This document shows, in pieces, positions 11,381 through 22,941 of a stretch of DNA of 64,000 nucleotides (its first letter is position 1; the number at the start of each line of letters is the position of its first letter). Below the pieces are notes generated by a model. The model was given only the letters and a program-made list of their open reading frames with translations. It ran no database searches and was not told the DNA's origin. Origin of the DNA: Anthoceros angustus. Its lineage: Eukaryota; Plantae; Anthocerotophyta. Location: positions 868,001-932,000 of the forward strand of contig MU008183.1 in NCBI GenBank assembly GCA_010909165.1, in the 5' to 3' direction. The translations under genes and the position numbers were made by a program.

Positions 11381-14300
11381 TGTGACATCAGAACGATCCG
11401 GATTCAAAAGCTCCTCGTTGAATTGGGTTTGAGTGATTTTTTATTAAGTGTGGTGTTAAAGTGAGTCAAAGCTGTCGAGGAAGGATATTTATAACGGAAA
11501 AGGTCCTTGGCCTATGGGTTGGGTTGTTTCAGGTTAAATAATAAATGATCCTTGATCAGAACTCGATACTCCTTGGCCTTTGGTCTCGAATATCTAATAG
11601 AAAGTCTATATATGTGAGAAGGGTCCTCATATTTGGTAGAGGTTGCTAAGTCCATAGGATAAAGGTCGATCCAACCAAAGGTAGTTGAATGGGTGGGGTT
11701 GGATCGTGGTGCGGGGTTAAGGCTTCGAGGATGGTAGGTGAACCGGGACAAGCGGTCGTGGAAGGAAGGAGCGCCGCCGAAAGAGAAGTGGTCGTGAAGC
11801 CGGCCAGAGGGTAGGAGAAGTCCTGGGAACTTAACCCTAAGAAAACTGGGGAAAATGGTTTATTCAAACGGGTGGAGCGAACGGGCCTGGAGCAACGCCG
11901 AGGAGTGGAGTGGAGCACCGGAGTGAGAGGAGAAGAGCGAGGCGATCGAGCGTTAAGTCAGGTGAGGCGCGAGGCGCACTCCATCGAGGGAGGCGTCAAC
12001 CTCACTAGTGAAGCCATGCCGAGCTCGCGACGATGAAGGGGAAGGCGCCATCGGGCGCGTGCGCTGCTTGTTGAGGAGGTAGGGAACCCTAGAAGATTGA
12101 CTCGCTAGGAATTTCCGAGGTAGACATCATCGATTCGAGGCGCCAAGGTAGGGAGGTCAAGAGCATGGCGCCCAAGGCCACAAAGAAATTGCGGACCCCT
12201 CACATAAACATGGACCATTGGAAGGTCCGAGCCGGAATTGCGGAAGGAGCTGGGGCTTGGCTTCATGGAGAAGCTGGCGGAATTATGTGAGCCTGGACTG
12301 TGTGCACAAGTGTGCTCGCCAGCTGAAGGACAAGCAACCAAGCGAAGGAATTAGAGCGGTCCTCAGATTGGGACATCGAATTGGTCAGAAAGTGTAAGGG
12401 CGCAGCTGAGGAGGAAGCGGGTGGATTGGTGATTGAACCCTCCTAAGAGGAGCACAACCGTGGCGCTGGCTCGTCAAGTCGTAATTAGGGAACCCAATGG
12501 CTGGTTGACCCAAGAATTGGTATCCGACAAATCGATGGTGTAATGGTGTGGCTTTTGCTTCCTACAAGACAAGAAGTAGATTATTTGTTCAACCATTTGT
12601 TGCTTTTTCCATGAAGTTGTCAAGGGTACAAGGATTGATCAGTCCGGATTCTTTTGACAAGTCGTGTGAGGAGAGGTTGAATCGACCTCCCTCGTCCCCT
12701 CTCTAATGCCATCCCGGTTCACCATGCGCACTCTAATTGTCCCCGGAGGTAGAAATTGTGGCCTCCTCCACATGTGGAAGCCAGGGAGGTGGAAGTGGAA
12801 AGCCTCAAGGAGGAGTAGAGGAAGGATCTATACCGAAGTCCACGGACGGGGCCTGTAAGAGGAAAAGGAGATTGCCACAAGCAAGAAGAGAAAGGCCGGG
12901 AGGCAAAGGTTCAACGAAGAGAGGAAGGGTGGACGCCACCAAATCAGGCGCCATGCCGCAGAAAAAGCGATGAAAATGGCGCTGCCAGATCGATTTATGG
13001 AGGAAGAGGCGGTCCAGGAGGACAATTTTGCCGACTCGGATGCATGACAATAGGCCCCTAAGAATTAGGTTGACCTCAAAGAACGGACCCTCCTCAAGAT
13101 GGGAAGAGATTTTCAAAGGAGCCCTTTTGGTGATGAGGTCGACGCAGTAGTTGGTTAGGTGCGACCCGGGAAAGAAGGTGCCGGATGGGGATGGCGATGG
13201 CGAGGCCTCCTCAACAAGTGGATCCGGGCAGAACCGACTACGCCCATGATCCGAGCTCAATGGATTTGCTAGATCAGCCGCTGGCACTCACCCCAAGATG
13301 CGATTTAGAAGAAGTGGTAAAGGCCCGATTTGATGAGGGGACGCGGCTAAACAACCGGAGGAAGACAAGGTGCCTTGAGGAGATGAGGGTCAAAATTGAG
13401 GAGGATTTGCGCAGGCCCAAGAGGAGTTACAGTCCATGACGAGTCACAGGAAGCGCCATGGCCCAGATCAAGGATGCCCATGAAGCAAATCAAGAAATGT
13501 GGGGAATTGCGAGCCTAAGAGCAAGAGGCGGCCTGGGAGAAGGCCTTGAAGTTGGCGGACTGCACAAGAGGGAGCGGGACGAGGCACGTGGCCGAGCTAG
13601 GAAGGAGAAGGGAAAAGGGAAGTGGAGTAGCAGGTCCACGACTGGGGTAGTGGAAGGAACTACCGGAGGAAAGGGAGAAGCAACAGGGTAGCTTAGACAC
13701 CTACTGTGGTTGCGGAATGCATTTACGGTTATGGAGTTGCCATCATGGTAGTGGGAATCGCTACCGACATTGGAGAGCCCAACTCAGAGGCGGCCATGAG
13801 CGGCGCAATAGGAGGCGACATGGCATTGCGCTGGGTGGATCAAAGTGCTGTGGGTAGTCCACGAGGAGGGGGTAAGCACCTCATCTATGCTAGGGGTCCT
13901 ATTATGTTGCGCACATGGATGAGGAAACTTATGTTCCGGTCTATATGTGAATGGGGAACGCTGCTTAACTTCACCGTCCATGTGCGTGTGGAAATAGGAG
14001 GGACCAGGCTTACCTTCCGCAAGTGAGGACCAAGTAGATACTTCCACCGTGCTCCTGCATGGGGATTGGCCCCTATTATACGAGGCGCTTTTGGAGGAGC
14101 TGGAGGAGGCATACCCAAGCGGTGGATAAAGAGCCCGTAATAATCCTCAAGATTAGACGGGTGCAGGTGGAGGAAGCCTGTGGTGACATACCCCGATTAG
14201 ATGTGAAAGGACATCCAAGAAGGCGCGAGGTGGAGGTCCCTGTGGGAGGATTTGTCGGCCGGGCAGGAAGGAGGGCTCATGGAGGCGCAATGAAAGTCGG

Positions 14301-15417
14301 AGGGGCAAAGTGCCAAGCCTGAGGAGGCCAAGATAACGAGGCAAATGGTAGAGCATCCTAGAAGAACCTGATAGGTGCCATCCCGACCTAAGATCGCTCG
14401 AATTAGGCGCCTTCACGCTTAGCCGCTTTAGGACTCGAGAAACTGTGGGGCTATGACGCCCACTAATGTGGGGCGAATCGTGCCCTCACATCGATAATTC
14501 CCTAGTTGAGATCCCCACGCCTGTGTGGCTGGTTGGAGACGCCCGATTGATGAGGTGGTGTGCGCGAGACGCCTCTAGGGGTGGTCGAGAGCTTGCTCCG
14601 CAACCGTGGAGAGGGAGGTGAGTGAGCGCCTCCCCGGCTAAAGGAGGAGGAAATCGAGGGACCAGCGCGGGGCGGGTCCGGAGCTTGCCTGTAATGCTCG
14701 CCGTGACGCCATAATTCCCTTCCTCTTACCTATCCCCGTTGGTTGTGTTCCGAAAACTGAGGTGTGTGTGGTGTGTGGTCGGAAGCCTGAGGGCGAATCG
14801 AGAGCGAGAGAAAGAAGGTGAGAGAAATGGGAGAAGCGAGATGCGGACGGAGGAGAAGAGGGGGTGAAGGAGTGGCTGAGCACTATATGCGATGCGAGGT
14901 GTGAAGTTGTGAAGGGAAGTTGAGAAGGAGAATTAATTGAGAGGCTAACAGTGGGAATTTGCGCGGATCAAAGAGGATCCAAACCGGTGCTGTTGAGGGA
15001 AGTGTGCCCAAGCGGAAATAACATTTCCATGTGGAGCTGTGTGAGTGTGGAGTTTTGGCGCGCAAGAGGGAGCGGTGGAAAGGGGATCTATGGAAACCCA
15101 ACCCCCCCGGTAGGAGCGAGGGTCGCTGCGGTGGTAGCTCGGAGGTGAAGGTGGTAGAACGAGAACCATGGTTGTAGAATAAGACGTGTGGTCGTAGAAC
15201 AAGATCGGTGGTAGCTAGACAAGTCGGGAGTAGTGGATGAGCGATAGACAAGAAGAGCGACGGTAAGTAAGTCATGATTTAGGCAAAGGTCAATAGTGAT
15301 AGGAGATAGCGTCTCTTGGCACAAACCATTCCCTTGGGAGCGAATCCTAGGCCTACAACGACATTGAGGGTGAATGTGGACCTCATGGTGTCTCTAGACA
15401 CGGGTTGCCACTCTACA
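11381..15417 (+). repeat. Putative giant (about 4 kb) 5' LTR of Gypsy G1
   Basis: Ends ...ccactctaca, followed by ttt and the PBS. Shares a U5 motif (cattccYttgggaRcg...cctacaacgaca, 15326-15363) with the G2 LTR. The start at tgtgacatc (11381) is a best guess. Confidence 0.55.
12165..13700 (+). pseudogene. Frameshifted accessory ORF upstream of the G1 PBS (MAPKATKK..., low-complexity linker, coiled coil)
   Basis: ATG in a typical MAPK.. start at 12165. Protein-like segments ELRKELGLGFMEKLAE and WLLLPTRQEVDYLFNHLLLF, then charged helical ORFs at 13185-13439 and 13458-13691. The 3' end is uncertain. Confidence 0.5.
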
Positions 15418-15420
15418 TTT

Positions 15421-15438
15421 TGGCACCGTTGCCGGGGA
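15421..15438 (+). promoter_or_regulatory. Primer-binding site, tRNA-Asp type (Athila-like TGGCGCCGTTGCCGGGGA)
   Basis: tggcaccgttgccgggga, one mismatch from the Athila-type PBS, following CA+ttt. Confidence 0.85.
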
Positions 15439-18131
15439 ATGAAACTGCTGTCAAGGACGTAGGTGAACTAACCATAGCCTAAGTAGAGGGTCTAGATATT
15501 AATAGATTGATAGATGGATGCCTCGGGGGAAGATAAGTGACTCTGGGCCTGACCGTGGGGAAACGCCCTTAACAAGGCGACAACGTCAAGCAATTGAAAG
15601 GTCTCAGAGAGTCACAAGGAGGGAGCAATGGGAGGCCACACCTGCTGGACAAGGAGGAGGGACGAAGAGCCAGCCGGAAATCAAGGGCCGGATCGTATTC
15701 GAGCCAGCCTCCCAACTCTCGGCTACGGAAGAGGTACAAGGGCTCAGGTACCCCAACCCGACCTCGCCGATCCCCTGCTCCATTGCCTCGGCCGCACCCA
15801 AATCAACTTTGTGGGAGGGGAAGCGCCTAGACGGGGTAGTGGTGTCTGCCATCAGTGGGAGAGTACTACCACGGTAGCTATGACCACTACTCCGGTAGTT
15901 GTTACCACTAAGCAGCCATACCCACTGTATGGAGAGAAGAAGGGCCACAAGGATCCTGATGAGTTTGTTTAGCTGCTTTGAGCAACACGCTACAACCAGA
16001 GGTCCGGATGCACAATGGGCCCAAATTGTTTTCTGTAGTCTCATGTGAGCAAATGTACAAGTGGTACAAACGAGAATATCTTGCCTCTTCCACACCTCCA
16101 GCCACCTTTGAAGTCTTGAAGAGGGCTTTTAAAGGTTTAGGGGAGTTGATGTGGAGGATATGTCTTGTCCAAACTCGAGGGATCAGGGGGAAGAAGGAGA
16201 CCGCAGTTTATGTGGAAAGGTTCCACATCATGATCGTACGGGTCCTCACTGAGTTAATGGCAATCCGCTGGTTCGCAAGAGGTCCGCACGAGATGGAAAA
16301 CACGATATGTCTCCAAGTCGAAAGACTTGGATCGAGCGATTAGGGCCGCCTTCAACTACGAGAGTCCAACGCAAGGGCAAAAGAAAATGAAGAAGGGTAC
16401 CTAAGGACAAGAGGAAATCCAGAAGAAGAAGAAGACTCCACATCCTCCGATGACAATTCCACGGAAGATAGCCTCAGAGACTACTCTGATGGCCTTCAAA
16501 GAGGATGCCAAGATAGCTCAGAGGAAGATTCAGAGATGAGCGTCAAGGGACAAAAAGAAAGAAACGAAAAATGATTGGGAACGAAGACGTCGCGCCCGAG
16601 GAAAGGAGCTGGTATACGCCAAAAAGGACGCGGAGCAGGTGAGAAGAGAGGTGGAAACAACAGCCAAAAAGGTGGAGCAACAGGGGAACAAAATGGAAGA
16701 AATGATGGCCAAACTAGAGAAATTTCATCTCAATGCCATAAAAGAGCACGATAGAAGAAGGGTCACACTGAGCTGGGCGAATCTCTTCTCGCTCAACTTG
16801 TGACAAGCAGGACACTCAAGTCCGTTAGAGCATAAGCTAATATGCTTAGGGTTATGTTATGTTATGTTATGTTAATTAGGGTTATATATCCAAAGGTCAC
16901 TTAGTGAAGGGTTGCTTAGTTTATAAGACCAACACTTATTCAATATTTTGTATTCATTGTATATTCTCAATTTGATATATGCTTCCGCTCTTCAGACACA
17001 ACATGGTTCTACCCGATCATGGTATCGAGCTCACCTCTTGACGCTCACCTAGAGACAATGACCGATCCGGCAGAACCACAAGATGGCATTCACGACTACG
17101 CTGCCATCGTGATATCACAATGATTGAATCGAGAGTGTAGATAAGCTCCGATCTCAATCTAAGATCCTATGTAATTCACAATTGCACGAGAAATTGAAGT
17201 ATATTTATTAAAGGTCGACATTTGGTGTTCCGGAAGAGCAGATTTCAGCAAAATCCCACGCTTATTTTGTAAATAATCGGAGTTTCTCACAAGCCGCCTC
17301 TCCTCCTATTACAATTGTAATAATAATAAGAGAGAAAATGCTGAGGAAATTATGACAGCACTTTCTAAATTCCTAATTCCTGAAAAATGCCTTCTCAAAG
17401 GCGATCCGACAGGGTGAATAGACCTGCAAACGACAGAAACAGGCCACAGTCCATTTCCAAGAGATTTCGAGGAAGGCGACGGCCCTATCTACACCCCAGC
17501 AGATCTGAGACGAGAAGAGTACCAAGAAATTGCAACATTGTTTCCAGACAATTCTCCAAGATCACCTGAGATTCTTGGAGCATGACACTAAGGATCGACT
17601 TCAAGATAGAAGAAACTCGCCGAGGCCTTTGCCGATGGTTTAAATGTGGCACAGATGCGCATACAAGTAATCAACAGTGATAGATTCCTTTCAACCGTAA
17701 ACCAATCTGGACGACTGGAAACGCCACCCAAGAGCTCTCATCTCATGGAAGTTGTATGCATTCGAATCGCCGAGACACAATAATCTGCGGCAACTCCGCC
17801 GTATGCATTGTATTTGCCTACTCGCTTCCTAATCCCGCGTCGGACACGTAAAAGTGATCAATTTCCGCAGAGCTGGCAGCCCGCATGCCAAGCGTGTAAT
17901 CGATGGCTTTTCAGTGAAGAGGTGCCTCCGTGCAACGCACCTTTCCTGCCCCCGTGACACCTCGCCAACATCAACCGTCACACGGCTGGTTAGTTAGGGT
18001 TTCTTTCAAAATTCATGAAAAGAAAACTAACAGCTAGAGTAACGTTTCATGCTTACCGTTTCGTTTTGACTTGAACAGTCTCATATAGAATGCCTGTAGG
18101 CTAGTTCAACTGTTGGTTCTTGTCCACACGC

Positions 18132-21100
18132 ATGTCAGACAGTTCATCTACATCTCACGAGAATGGTGATACTTTGCTCCTTAGCAGCTCTAGCTCAGAA
18201 ACAGATCTTCAGGATCCTCTTGTCGATCTCCTTGCACAGCAGTTTACCACACTTAGTATAGTGCCCGTTCCGGTTCAGACAATGGGAGCTATCCCACCTC
18301 CTCCTCCTCCTCCTGGCTACAATAGCCCAACTTTCACATCTGAATTGAAAGAAAAGGACAGGTTCAATGGGCATAAGTACAAGTCCGGAGAGTTAGAATG
18401 AAATCTACATTGCTAGCAGAGGTGTCTCGGGGCATAGTGGATGGATCTATCCTAACCTCGATCCCTCAAAGACTAAGGAGAGAAGGATAAATGGGCTCAT
18501 GCCAATGGTATATCCATTGCACTCCTAGTAGGTGGTCTTACGTAAGACATGATTCGCAATCGAGTTTCACAAAAGCAAGTGAGATATGGAAACAAATTGT
18601 CCAACCAATACGAAGTAAGAAATGTTCTTACCTTATGTGCACTAAGAGAATTCTATGGATCGAAAATGAGGGAAGGAGATAAGGTATTTGCTCACACCAA
18701 AGAAGCTACATCTCCGCAGTAGCCGCCGTTGGAACCGTAATGGACTAAGTTGACGCCATTGCACAGCCTCCCAACGAGTCTCCCTCCTAGTTATCGTAAC
18801 TTTGTCTCCGCATAATGTCCATCCGCAGTTTCAGTCAAAACATCAACTCTCACCTAGATTTAGGGTGATTGGTGCCCTGCTCTAGGAAGAGCAGGGCATC
18901 ATGTCGTGTCCGGGTCAAAGTCCAAAGTGAGTACTTATCGCCTGTGGTAGACCAGTAGGAGGGCAGCCAAGGATGCTGACACAATCAAAGCTCGCGCAAT
19001 GAAGCGGATCCTCTAATTCCAATTCAACCAAGCATACAGGCCGTAATTGGTGTGGAACTCGCCATTGGGCTCGTGATTGTCGAAGAAGAAAGCTGGTGAG
19101 CCTCAAAGGCCTCCTCAGATCCGCAGCCACAAAGAATCAAGAAGACAAACTGGTGATACAAGTAAGCCAAGAGTCAAGATCCTCACAAGATGCTTGTTTA
19201 CCCCATCGGAGACAAGACAAGATGGTACTCGGATTCCGTGCCACCTCACATCTCAGAGATGTATCCTTGCTCGCCCCTAGTGTATTCCACCACCGCTGAT
19301 GTGGTATACCTAGGTGATGAACAAAAGTCACAAGCCCGGATCCAAGGCCAAGGATGCTGCGATTTTCGCTTGAGTGATGAAACAATCGACTCATGATGCT
19401 GTACACACATGGCTAAAACCTCCGTCCTTGAGCATCAAGCTCAAGACTTTTGAGCTCACCTGTCAGGATGACTGCTGTTGTTTCTCCAGAAAGATTCACC
19501 AGCCACTTGTGTCTTCAAGGCTATACGATCACGATCTATATCGCTCAGACATCATCCGCTCTCCGGTCACAAGAACAAGGCATACCGCAAGTGTCGGCAA
19601 CCTTACAACTAAGCAGCAACTGTCTATGGCATGCCCGCTTGGGGTATGCATGTCAGGCCACAATGGTGCTATGTCAAAGTCAAACCTTTTAGGAATCTAC
19701 CACCGGTTTGAAGGAACTCGCCACTGGAGACCTCGTGTCTCAAGCGTATGAGCAACCTTTCCTTCGCTTCCCGCCATGTGTCTTCACAACCGCTGGACCT
19801 TGTTCACTCGACATCTCGGCCGCTCTGTGTTCCGGCCACTTGAGGCGTAATATTACTTGACCATTACCGATGACTATAGCCGATATACATGGACTTTTCC
19901 CATGAAACGCAAGAATGAAACTTTTGCGTTGTTCTAGGACTGTTTCTCGTCCAGGGCAGACAGTTTTCCTTAAGATCTTCGATCCGATAATGGGGACAGA
20001 GTTTGTCAACCACTTGTTTACCAACTACCGCGTAACAAGGCATTATTCATCAGCTAATAGTCCCTTACACGCAGCAGCAGAATGGAGTTGCTGAACGGAA
20101 AAACCAAACACTGATGAGCATGACTCGAGCTATGTTATTATGGGCAGGCTTACCTTCTTCCTATTGGGTCGAGTGACCTCCACGCATATACCGAATGATC
20201 GCCCACTAGCTCCTTGCTCGCCACACCTTTGAGCTTGCTTGGAAACGGAAGCCAAGTCTCCTTCACCTCGTGATTTTTGGATCCAAGGCTTATGCTTACA
20301 TCCCCCAGAAGCGCAGGAAGTTAGACAATCGCTCTCGCCGCTAACATTTATTGGTTACGTGAGCACGGAAAAGCATGTCGCTTGATCCAACATCACGACA
20401 ATTGGTTCTAGCAAGAAGCGTTACCTTTGTAGAACCACTTCAACCTGTTGACAGGAAGAGTAGACCTGTCTCAGAATCTGCCAATGGTGTTGATGATGAG
20501 CTTGATGAACCTACCGGATTGTTTTCCTTCTACCCTGATGACGCTGATGCTGAACCACACGTAGCAAGAGACATGGCAGATCCACCTCCCATCCACCTCC
20601 GCATTCTCCAAAGTGACTGATGTCCGTTTCGACCAACAGGAGCTTGCACCACCGCCGATGTTGAGGATGATCTAGATGTACATGACCAAGCAAAGGAGGC
20701 ACACACAATATGTTTTCAAGAGGCTGGCCAACTGTAGATGAAGATGTTGGGCATGAGGTTGACATCCTCATCCTGTGGCTATTGCCTCCGGGGATGATGA
20801 TGCCGCCCACGACGATCCGCCGCCATGCACCTCCACCTTCGAGTGGAAGGAACCACGATACTACCATTGATTTCCGCCATCATGCAAAGATATCTCTTCC
20901 CTGCTCCACAGTAACCTATTAGTCTTACTAAGCTTTCACCGGACTGCATAAGGAGAAATGGAAATTCAGAGACACGAATATAACAATTTCGATCAAAACG
21001 GAACATGGAAGCTGGTTCCTAGGCCAGCCAATAGAAAACCTATTACTTGTAAGTGGGTGTTCAAGCACAAACTCAATGCAGAGGGCAAAATAGCAAGGTA

Positions 21101-22345
21101 CAAAGCACGTTTGTGTGCTCGGGGTTTCACGCAAATTGCTGGCTTGGACTATCAGGAGACATTCTCTCCTGTAGTTCGTGCACAATCCCTTAGGCTGATA
21201 TTTGCTCTAGCAGCTGAGCATGATCTCGAACTGCAGCAGATGGATGTCTGCACTGCTTTCCTCCATGGCATCCTTGAGGAAGAGCTGTATATGGAACAGC
21301 CTGAAGGATATGCTGATCCTGCACATCCCGATTACGTGTGTCAGTTAATCAAATGCCTATGGGGAAGCAAAGTGCGTAACGCCGTATAAGCGCCAGACAA
21401 GGCTCTTAAAGGTCTTGGATTTCGCCAATGCAGATACTCAAATGTACGTGTTGCGTAAAGGGATACTTACGTGATTCTTGCCCTTTATGTAGACGACGTG
21501 ATACTTGACCAACGACACGCCCCTCACACGTTAAGGATATGTTAAGGAAACATTCGAGATGACCGGGAGACCTCCTATTCTCGCCTTGGTATTCGGAGAT
21601 CCGCCCGAGGGACCTCATAATACACCAAAGCATAAATACATTACGTAAATTTTACAAGTTCAACATGGGCCGCACATCCACCGCTTACCCGTGAGGTGTC
21701 AAGCTCACGAGATATGAATGTGCCACGATCCGACCACTGAAATGCAGATCGCTCCATATTGTCACTGGGTAGTCTAATCTTTGTTAAATCGACACGACCC
21801 GACATCCAAGATTGCCAAGACTGCTTACGCTTCTTAGAGCACCGGCCGTACCATCGGACGGCAATGAAAAGAATATTTCGATATCCGAAAGGGACTCACC
21901 ACATAGGCCCATGTTACAGAGCAAGGTAAGAGGCACTTATCTTTGCAAGGGTTCAATGTCGATCGGGCTGATAGCGACTCAAAAAGTCTCTCAGAGATAC
22001 TTTCCTCTTGTCCTGTGCAGCTAATAACCGGAGTCGCAAGAAGGCATCAAGATAGCCCTCCAAAGATCGAGGCTGAATATAAGTCTCACAGATGCCACAA
22101 AGGAAGTTGAATGGGAGCGTGCCTTGAAGGATATAGGAGAGGCACAGATGGTCCCACTAACCTCTTTGACAACCGCGATCGCTTTGTAGCTAACCCCGCT
22201 TCCATGCACGGACAAAACACATCGAGATCCACCACCATTATGTTAGGATGCAATGAGAGGAATTGTTAAGATCCTTTATGTTCCTGATGGCAACACCGAC
22301 ATCCCAACAAAGGCCTTGCCCAAAGACAAGCATCGAAACATATGG
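18132..22345 (+). pseudogene. Copia C2 gag-pol (frameshifted in this sequence)
   Basis: gag KDRFNGHKYK, a CCHC knuckle, protease WYSDS, LWHARLGY, integrase TITDDYSRYTW...QQNGVAERKNQTL, RT CKWVFKHK...YKARLCARGFTQ...QMDVCTAFLHG, RNase H ending TKALPKDKH. Confidence 0.9.
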
Positions 22346-22536
22346 AAGGCCTTGGACCTGTTTAATTACCCAAGATTGCCACGCTGAGAGGGGCCTTACG
22401 GGTGAGGACCTAGTCCTCCGATGTTGTTACAGCTTGTTTTCGCTTCCACAGTGTCCCTGTCATGGACATGCAACATGATGTGAGGGTTACACAAAGAAGG
22501 TCTCAGGTAGCAACCGAATTGTTAAGCAAGCATGTG

Positions 22537-22941
22537 CTAGCATTTCAATACCACAGCAGTGGATGAAGCTCCACGTTTTTGAACCGACCGATGCCGGACG
22601 ATCACCTCTCTCCCGCCTTGAGCAACACAGCTTTTTCGCCGTGGAAGTGTTTTGAGCAAGGCGTTATCTCCCACGCCGCCGGGCGTGACGCAGCCTCCTC
22701 CACCCTCACGGGCCTCGCTCCAAAGATAATTTAACATCCAGTGGAAATCCTCCACCCACCGGGCCACACCTCGAGCCTGTGACATGGCATGCTCATCCCA
22801 CTCTTCACCCTCGTGGAACAGGTCAGCTGTTTCTTCCGCCTCTTCCTTTCCTCCCTTGCTCATGCGCAGGCTGGGCAGCTCACCGCCACGCACTTGGGAG
22901 CCATGGTGGTCAGCAGCAGCAGTCTGAGGATTTGCACGCAA
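22537..22941 (-). CDS. Antisense ORF (134 aa) in the 3' extension of Copia C2, unknown product
   Basis: Open frame containing EETADLFHEGEEWDEHAMSQARGVARWVEDFHWMLNYLWSEARE, lying in an approximately 780 bp stretch between the RNase H end and the PPT. Confidence 0.35.
   Translation of the reverse strand: MRANPQTAAADHHGSQVRGGELPSLRMSKGGKEEAEETADLFHEGEEWDEHAMSQARGVARWVEDFHWMLNYLWSEAREGGGGCVTPGGVGDNALLKTLPRRKSCVAQGGREVIVRHRSVQKRGASSTAVVLKC

Noticed and set aside
11700-14400. Degenerate minus-strand Gypsy pol (CVD...ITK and FFEVNLILRG resembled RT motifs)
   Set aside because: No YXDD or FGL motif was found. The plus strand gives a more coherent MAPK-start, coiled-coil ORF leading to a plus-strand PBS.
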